IMG/VR virus record: IMGVR_UViG_3300046744_000223
Coordinates: 1-64,000 of that record
DNA from: a virus
Strand: one strand, 5' to 3'
Length of the DNA stretch: 64,000 nucleotides
A program made the position numbers and the translations under genes. Numbering within the stretch: the stretch's first letter is position 1; each line of letters opens with the position of its first letter. Shown in pieces: positions 59,213 to 64,000 of this stretch. The notes under the pieces are model-generated. The model ran no database searches. It was not told the origin of the DNA and saw only the letters and a list, made by a program, of their open reading frames with translations.

Positions 59213-60142
59213 TCAAGCTTTCCCCATACTATGCCCTTTTGGATGTGTACCAAAATTGGAAAGATAATCTAACACAGTCAACTCCTTCATCTTAGCCTCG
59301 ACCTCAATGTCTAAAGAATGACCATATGTATTGATTTCAGAATAGATAAAATCAGAATGTGCTTGTGCTTTTACACCTTCTTGTTCCAATAGACGTGATT
59401 CAGAGTAATGGACTAAGGGTTTGTAGTCACCCCACGTTGACATAGCTAACTCAAGTGCTTCTTGTTCAGACAACCCACCGGTATTGAATTTGTGGTGGTG
59501 ATAGTCAAACGTAATCGGAATACCAATATGTTCGTGTAGATACATAAGGTCTTTGACTGAGTACATACTTGCTTTGTCATCGTTCTCAACAACCAATCGT
59601 GATTGGACTGACTCAGGCAATCTCTTGAAGTTCTTGATGAATCTATTCATAGCAGACATCTTATCACCATAGACACCATTACAATGGATGTTAATGGGGT
59701 TCTGATGACTTCTCTCTAACCCCATAAGGTCAAAGTGTTCTCCGTGGATTGAAAGGTCTCTAATCGTATTATCTACAACTCTATCGTTAGGTGACACCAA
59801 GACATTGAATGGGCCAGGATGTGAAGTGATACGTTGACCATACGACTTAGCTAAAGTACCTGCACCCTTGAGTACATTACTAAACTTAGTATAGTCTGGC
59901 ATATCTGATAACTTGAACTCACTAGCCCATGGAACTAAGTCAGACGACATACGGAATAGTTTGAAACCATTACGTTCGTTCCATTTGATAATCTCTACAA
60001 GGTCTTTAGCATTTTGTAATGCAAGGTCTGATGACCTACTGATACCTTCTTTAAGGAATGTTTTTTTAATCATACTACGATTGGTAGTAATCTTGTCCTT
60101 ACGAAGGGTCATGTTGATACAGCAATATCCGAGGTTTGTCAT
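59213..60142 (-). CDS. uvsE: UV damage endonuclease (start revised to MTNLGY)
   Basis: LGYCCIN, FRMSSDLVP, HPGPFNVL, LVVENDD, FDYHHH, HYSE, AHSD, EAKMKE. Confidence 0.95.
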   Translation of the reverse strand: MTNLGYCCINMTLRKDKITTNRSMIKKTFLKEGISRSSDLALQNAKDLVEIIKWNERNGFKLFRMSSDLVPWASEFKLSDMPDYTKFSNVLKGAGTLAKSYGQRITSHPGPFNVLVSPNDRVVDNTIRDLSIHGEHFDLMGLERSHQNPINIHCNGVYGDKMSAMNRFIKNFKRLPESVQSRLVVENDDKASMYSVKDLMYLHEHIGIPITFDYHHHKFNTGGLSEQEALELAMSTWGDYKPLVHYSESRLLEQEGVKAQAHSDFIYSEINTYGHSLDIEVEAKMKELTVLDYLSNFGTHPKGHSMGKA

Positions 60143-60161
60143 ATGTTTCTTATTTACTATG

Positions 60162-60193
60162 TAAATGTACAAAAAAAAAGGGGACTATACAAG
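60162..60193 (-). promoter_or_regulatory. Bacteroidota-type promoter upstream of uvsE, overlapping a terminator
   Basis: CTTG-N20-TACATTTA. Confidence 0.45.
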
Positions 60194-60199
60194 CCCCCT
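60171..60199 (-). terminator. Rho-independent terminator
   Basis: Minus strand AGGGGGCT-TGTAT-AGTCCCCT followed by a T run. Confidence 0.8.
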
Positions 60200-60208
60200 A
60201 TGTTAAAT

Positions 60209-60406
60209 TTATGTTAATTCTTCAAAGTCAATTGAAGGAATTTCCTCACAAAACCAATAGTATCCATCTCTTTTTAAAACAGTATCAGCGTTAAGGTGTT
60301 CCTTCCATACATCAATTATCGGATTTCGGTCAATTTTAATCTTTTTAACCACGATGAACAACTTATCATTAAACGTAACTTTTTGCGACCTGAAGAATCT
60401 ATACAC
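60209..60406 (-). CDS. Hypothetical protein
   Basis: 65-aa ORF coupled to the Hsp20 gene. Confidence 0.65.
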   Translation of the reverse strand: MYRFFRSQKVTFNDKLFIVVKKIKIDRNPIIDVWKEHLNADTVLKRDGYYWFCEEIPSIDFEELT

Positions 60407-60750
60407 TATTTAACTTTTACTTTTATCGATTTAGCCTTACGGTCCTCATACTTAGGTATTGATACAATAAGTAACCCATCCTTAGCAACAGCAGATGTTT
60501 TATTTATATCAAACGCATCATGTATCTTGTATCTCTTTTCCAATTTACGATGTTCCTTTTCAGCTTTGATTTCAATCATTCGGTCAGCAACAATAACATC
60601 GATGTCTTCATTGGACAATCCAGGCACTGCGAATTCCATAGTTAGTACATCATCTTTTAAAAAAGCAGTATTTGAATTAAGGCCTGCTTCATTCCCCCAC
60701 TCCCCCAACATAAAGTCGGAGACCATTGTGTTTAGTCTATTAAACGTCAT
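60406..60750 (-). CDS. Small heat shock protein (Hsp20)
   Basis: FAVPGLSNEDIDV...AVAKDGLLIVSIPK. Confidence 0.88.
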   Translation of the reverse strand: MTFNRLNTMVSDFMLGEWGNEAGLNSNTAFLKDDVLTMEFAVPGLSNEDIDVIVADRMIEIKAEKEHRKLEKRYKIHDAFDINKTSAVAKDGLLIVSIPKYEDRKAKSIKVKVK

Positions 60751-60830
60751 ATTATATTCCTTTTATTAATTTATTAATACATTAACAATAGAACAATATG
60801 TAGACCAATTGATTATTTCATGACACGATG

Positions 60831-61190
60831 TCAGTTTACCGATAGTGGTTGTGACATTCCTATACATTTATAGAAATAAGTGTCACCTTTTTTCTTATCA
60901 AACGTCAATATATAACCATCCATTTGAAACGTGCTTATTGTTTTCATAGCTATATCATAGTCATTACACGTTAAAAGAAAATGTGTATCGGTAATAACTA
61001 CATCAATAGACGTAGCTGATGTATGTTCATCGTCAATGTCAAATTCATCGTCAACCTCAAACTCAAAAAGAACGTCATCCGATATATTAAAGTAATCGTA
61101 TACGTATTCTAATTTGGCTACAACCCCAAGTGACATAAAGAAGTTATATTCAGATTCATCCCAATGCCATTCTCCAAAATAATTTTCCAT
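60831..61190 (-). CDS. Acidic hypothetical protein
   Basis: 119-aa ORF in a co-oriented array. Confidence 0.65.
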   Translation of the reverse strand: MENYFGEWHWDESEYNFFMSLGVVAKLEYVYDYFNISDDVLFEFEVDDEFDIDDEHTSATSIDVVITDTHFLLTCNDYDIAMKTISTFQMDGYILTFDKKKGDTYFYKCIGMSQPLSVN

Positions 61191-61222
61191 AATAACACCA
61201 ATATCCCTTCCGTTTACTATAA

Positions 61223-61591
61223 CTATCTATTAATTGAGTTATGTATCTCATTTAATAAAATTAAAGCCTCTCGTGTTATTATATTTTTATCCCTAGCACA
61301 CTCTAAACAAATTTCAACAAATACCAAATCCATTGTTTGGTCCGCTATGTAAGACTCCAATCTAAGTAGACTCTTAATCATTTTGTTAGTGTAATCTACT
61401 GAGGGGGATTCGTCCGCAAAGGTAATGAGTTGTTTTATCTTTTGCTTAGCTATGGTGAAGTAAGGGTCTTTACGTTCCGTTAAGATTGTAGAGACCCCAT
61501 CATCTAAAAATAATGCTAATTCAGAAACATCTCCATGGTCAGTGGTATCCAACGTTGAAGTTAGTATCCTTGAAATTACATCATCACCCAC
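61223..61591 (-). CDS. Hypothetical protein
   Basis: 122-aa ORF with GTG start. Confidence 0.6.
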   Translation of the reverse strand: MGDDVISRILTSTLDTTDHGDVSELALFLDDGVSTILTERKDPYFTIAKQKIKQLITFADESPSVDYTNKMIKSLLRLESYIADQTMDLVFVEICLECARDKNIITREALILLNEIHNSINR

Positions 61592-61600
61592 TTTTAAATT

Positions 61601-61900
61601 TTAGTTTAAAATACCTAACCGATATCGTTGTTGAGTCGAAGATATAGCAGTTTCCAATGTTTGAATAATCTTCGTTGCTTCCGACTTTGTTAATTCAATT
61701 TCATGGTTACCCACTATTAACGACCCAAGCTCCATACGATTTTTTATAGGAAAATCTTCCTTTGTTAAATCAGGATTAAAAGCGAAGTCTATTGAACTAT
61801 AATTTTTACCATAAGCTTTGGCCTGTCGAACGACCTCACTTTCTGTAACTCCATAAGATTGGTTTACAAACCCACGTTGTTTATTGTTGTGCTTTTTCAT
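61601..61900 (-). CDS. Hypothetical protein
   Basis: 99-aa ORF preceded by the TATTTATA motif. Confidence 0.65.
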   Translation of the reverse strand: MKKHNNKQRGFVNQSYGVTESEVVRQAKAYGKNYSSIDFAFNPDLTKEDFPIKNRMELGSLIVGNHEIELTKSEATKIIQTLETAISSTQQRYRLGILN

Positions 61901-61951
61901 TATATAGAAATTGTTTATTTACTATAAATAGTTTTCACAACTTTAATAAAA

Positions 61952-62248
61952 TCACTTTCTGCGATTTCTACGAGAAACTCTATTAAACTTTTTCTCGTTA
62001 AAACTCATAGCACTTCGTATGGGGTGTGTTCTATTAATATTTTGCTTATACCTAACACACTCTGCTGCCCAAAACCATGCCATACTAACACTGTCTTGTG
62101 GTGGTATCATAAACTCTAAACCAATAGAACCACCATTTCCATTTGATATCGTAAAACGACCATCAGTGGTCATTTCAGTTTTAGCGGATGGGTACTTCTT
62201 TAAGACCTTACGTTTTAAAGATTTAAATTTCTTAACATCAATTACCAT
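61952..62248 (-). CDS. Basic hypothetical protein
   Basis: 98-aa ORF. Confidence 0.65.
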   Translation of the reverse strand: MVIDVKKFKSLKRKVLKKYPSAKTEMTTDGRFTISNGNGGSIGLEFMIPPQDSVSMAWFWAAECVRYKQNINRTHPIRSAMSFNEKKFNRVSRRNRRK

Positions 62249-62450
62249 TATTAAATATCTTTGTAAGTGTACGACTTATGTGATACGTTGTCAACTCTTT
62301 GTTAACCGAACATGATTCAAGCGTCTTTCCATTTTCCAAATGTACTGAATAGACCCACCCCTTTTTAAGCTTTTTAGCAATCGTGACGGCACCAACTCGG
62401 TTAGTGCCGTTCACGTTTACTACTACATTATCACCTACTGAGTATATCAT
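62238..62450 (-). CDS. Small SH3/KOW-like hypothetical protein
   Basis: YSVGDNVVV...G.V...YSVHLENG. Confidence 0.55.
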   Translation of the reverse strand: MIYSVGDNVVVNVNGTNRVGAVTIAKKLKKGWVYSVHLENGKTLESCSVNKELTTYHISRTLTKIFNNGN

Positions 62451-62647
62451 TGTATAACACTGATAATTTTAGTGTCAACGACAGCAGTTACCTCGAACTC
62501 TAAATTACTTCCTTCGAATTCAGCAACAACCTTAGTTTCAGCATCCGTTACAGATATGGCTTGAACTAAATATTGTTCAGTTACTTTTTTAACTCTTCCT
62601 TTGTCATCTTCATGATGAACCTTTACTTTTGCAATGTAATAACTCAT
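62447..62647 (-). CDS. DUF4494-like protein
   Basis: KKVTEQYLVQAISVTDAE...FEVTAV...I..V, a pattern I associate with the Bacteroidota family DUF4494. Confidence 0.7.
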   Translation of the reverse strand: MSYYIAKVKVHHEDDKGRVKKVTEQYLVQAISVTDAETKVVAEFEGSNLEFEVTAVVDTKIISVIQ

Positions 62648-62660
62648 AATTTACTTTTAT

Positions 62661-63290
62661 TTAATATTGATTATAATTATTGTTTAACATATCGTAGAGC
62701 TGAACCTCGTCTACTAACTCATACTGACCATTAGGGCCAGGATCATTATAATGAGTGAAAATTGTATGATAGAATTCAACGAACTCTTCACCATCGTGTT
62801 GTCTTCCAGCGGGGATAACAATGAACTCAAAGTTATCTCCATGGTCAACAAATTTTAATGCATCATCAGCACCAGTTACTCTAAATATTTCAGGTGAATA
62901 TTTTAAATCCATAATATAGTCTGTTTGACTATCTTCTCTATAATCCATATGACTTGCCATAGATTGAATATAGTCATTGAGTTCTACACCATCGTCAGTT
63001 GCTTCGTAAGCCAACTTACCATCCGCACGTAATACCATCCGTACCAACCCCTTGTCTGATAATTCAGATAATGCGTTATCAGTCTCCCACATTTCATATG
63101 TCCTAAAAGTTTTCATAAGAACATCGGACAATAAGTCATCGTCATTGGAATTGGACAAGTCATCTCTTAAATACTCAAGGAACTTCTCAATGTGTTCAAT
63201 ATTCATTAAATGAAAAAAATCGTCTTTATATAGTTGCTTTCTAACTTCGGAAAACAAATCTTCGAAGTCACCTTTATTGTCCCAATTCAT
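62661..63290 (-). CDS. Acidic hypothetical protein
   Basis: 209 aa; the LSDKGLV...YEATDDG segment is winged-helix-like. Confidence 0.65.
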   Translation of the reverse strand: MNWDNKGDFEDLFSEVRKQLYKDDFFHLMNIEHIEKFLEYLRDDLSNSNDDDLLSDVLMKTFRTYEMWETDNALSELSDKGLVRMVLRADGKLAYEATDDGVELNDYIQSMASHMDYREDSQTDYIMDLKYSPEIFRVTGADDALKFVDHGDNFEFIVIPAGRQHDGEEFVEFYHTIFTHYNDPGPNGQYELVDEVQLYDMLNNNYNQY

Positions 63291-63456
63291 ACTCTCTTAT
63301 TATAGTTTGTAAATAAGCCATAGCTTCAGAATTACCCATTAACATATCTGCGTTTTTATATCTAAGTACAACCTCTTCAGTTCCATAGTCATAAACCATA
63401 CTCTGAAGTTTCTCCTTACTTGGTAATGTTTTTTTATTAAATCCCATACTAATCAA
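63274..63456 (-). CDS. Hypothetical protein
   Basis: 60-aa ORF overlapping its neighbours. Confidence 0.55.
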   Translation of the reverse strand: MISMGFNKKTLPSKEKLQSMVYDYGTEEVVLRYKNADMLMGNSEAMAYLQTIIREYELGQ

Positions 63457-63775
63457 ACCACTCTGACCTATTAGTCTTTACGTTATCAACGTTGTTATAC
63501 TTAGGGTCACCACCCAATTTAGAAGCGGCCTCAGCAATCTTTTCGTTAACTTCATTGTCACCTAACTGACCAATTTCTTTTGCTCTCTTCAACTCCTTAG
63601 TTGTCAACTTATCACCTTTACTTAATGCTGCATACATCTTAGTATGATACTGACCCAATGGCCGTGTCTTTGTTTTAAGATACTCTGCTTTGGTATCTAA
63701 ATACTCGAAGAATGCATCTTCACTCAATTGAGTTATCTCTTCTTCGGTTAATTCATTATTAGGGTCGTAAATCAT
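63449..63775 (-). CDS. Hypothetical protein
   Basis: 108-aa ORF directly after a consensus promoter. Confidence 0.7.
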   Translation of the reverse strand: MIYDPNNELTEEEITQLSEDAFFEYLDTKAEYLKTKTRPLGQYHTKMYAALSKGDKLTTKELKRAKEIGQLGDNEVNEKIAEAASKLGGDPKYNNVDNVKTNRSEWFD

Positions 63776-63780
63776 ATATA

Positions 63781-63812
63781 CAAATATACAAAAAAAATAT
63801 TAAACATCCAAA
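63781..63812 (-). promoter_or_regulatory. Bacteroidota sigma-A consensus promoter
   Basis: TTTG-N20-TATATTTG is an exact match to TTTG/TAnnTTTG. Confidence 0.7.
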
Positions 63813-64000
63813 CCATTTCGTCTCATTTGTTCGTGACAATAGTAATTATACAACTCCTCAAGGTCCATTGCTTTTTTACTCATCATCTCATCCCACAAAC
63901 AAAATCCAAACTTCTCTCTTAATTCAATCTTCAAATCACGTAATAACTTTTGTTCATCCTTAAACGCTTCTTCGTCAAGCTTCAAAGCCTTTACGTTTTT
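63800..64000 (-). CDS. Hypothetical protein, 5' end outside window
   Basis: Frame is open to the window edge (KNVKALKLDEEAF...). Confidence 0.6.
   Translation of the reverse strand, partial: KNVKALKLDEEAFKDEQKLLRDLKIELREKFGFCLWDEMMSKKAMDLEELYNYYCHEQMRRNGLDV

Noticed and set aside
2232-62315. All plus-strand ORFs in the track
   Set aside because: Each lies antisense to a longer, motif-bearing minus-strand gene and has no recognisable motif (for example poly-Ser 15848..16135 mirrors the Glu-rich scaffold).

Overview
This is a 64-kb stretch of a large T4-like (myovirus-type) phage genome. It is AT-rich, every credible gene is on the minus strand, and the standard genetic code is used (TAG stops end the capsid and PhoH genes). 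Reading in transcription direction (right to left): small hypothetical genes including a DUF4494-like ORF; Hsp20, UvsE, ClpP, an HD hydrolase and a gp55-like late sigma factor; a baseplate block (gp5-, gp25-, gp6-, gp7-like) interrupted by a resolvase, primase and fused SbcD-SbcC; a cluster of probable internal head proteins, including an HxGH nucleotidyltransferase fused to a KxDG ligase-like domain; then terminase, portal, prohead protease, ribosomal protein bS21, scaffold, major capsid, PhoH and a fibre/adhesin cluster. The host is probably Bacteroidota, based on TTTG-N19/20-TAnnTTTG-like promoters, the DUF4494-like gene and the bS21 context. Most notable observations: (1) an ORF missing from the track (start 2602, running off the left edge) with an N-terminal Hint (intein-like) domain that appears able to cleave only at its C-terminus, fused to more than 240 Gly-X-Y collagen triplets; (2) a phage bS21 apparently lacking the anti-SD-sequestering Tyr, alongside SD motifs concentrated on late genes; (3) head proteins built as modules punctuated by ESVNE-type protease sites; (4) a late-promoter-like motif that is the reverse complement of the T4 late promoter; (5) a compact RNA three-way junction in a fibre-gene leader. 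All family calls come from motif recognition by eye; no database search was run.
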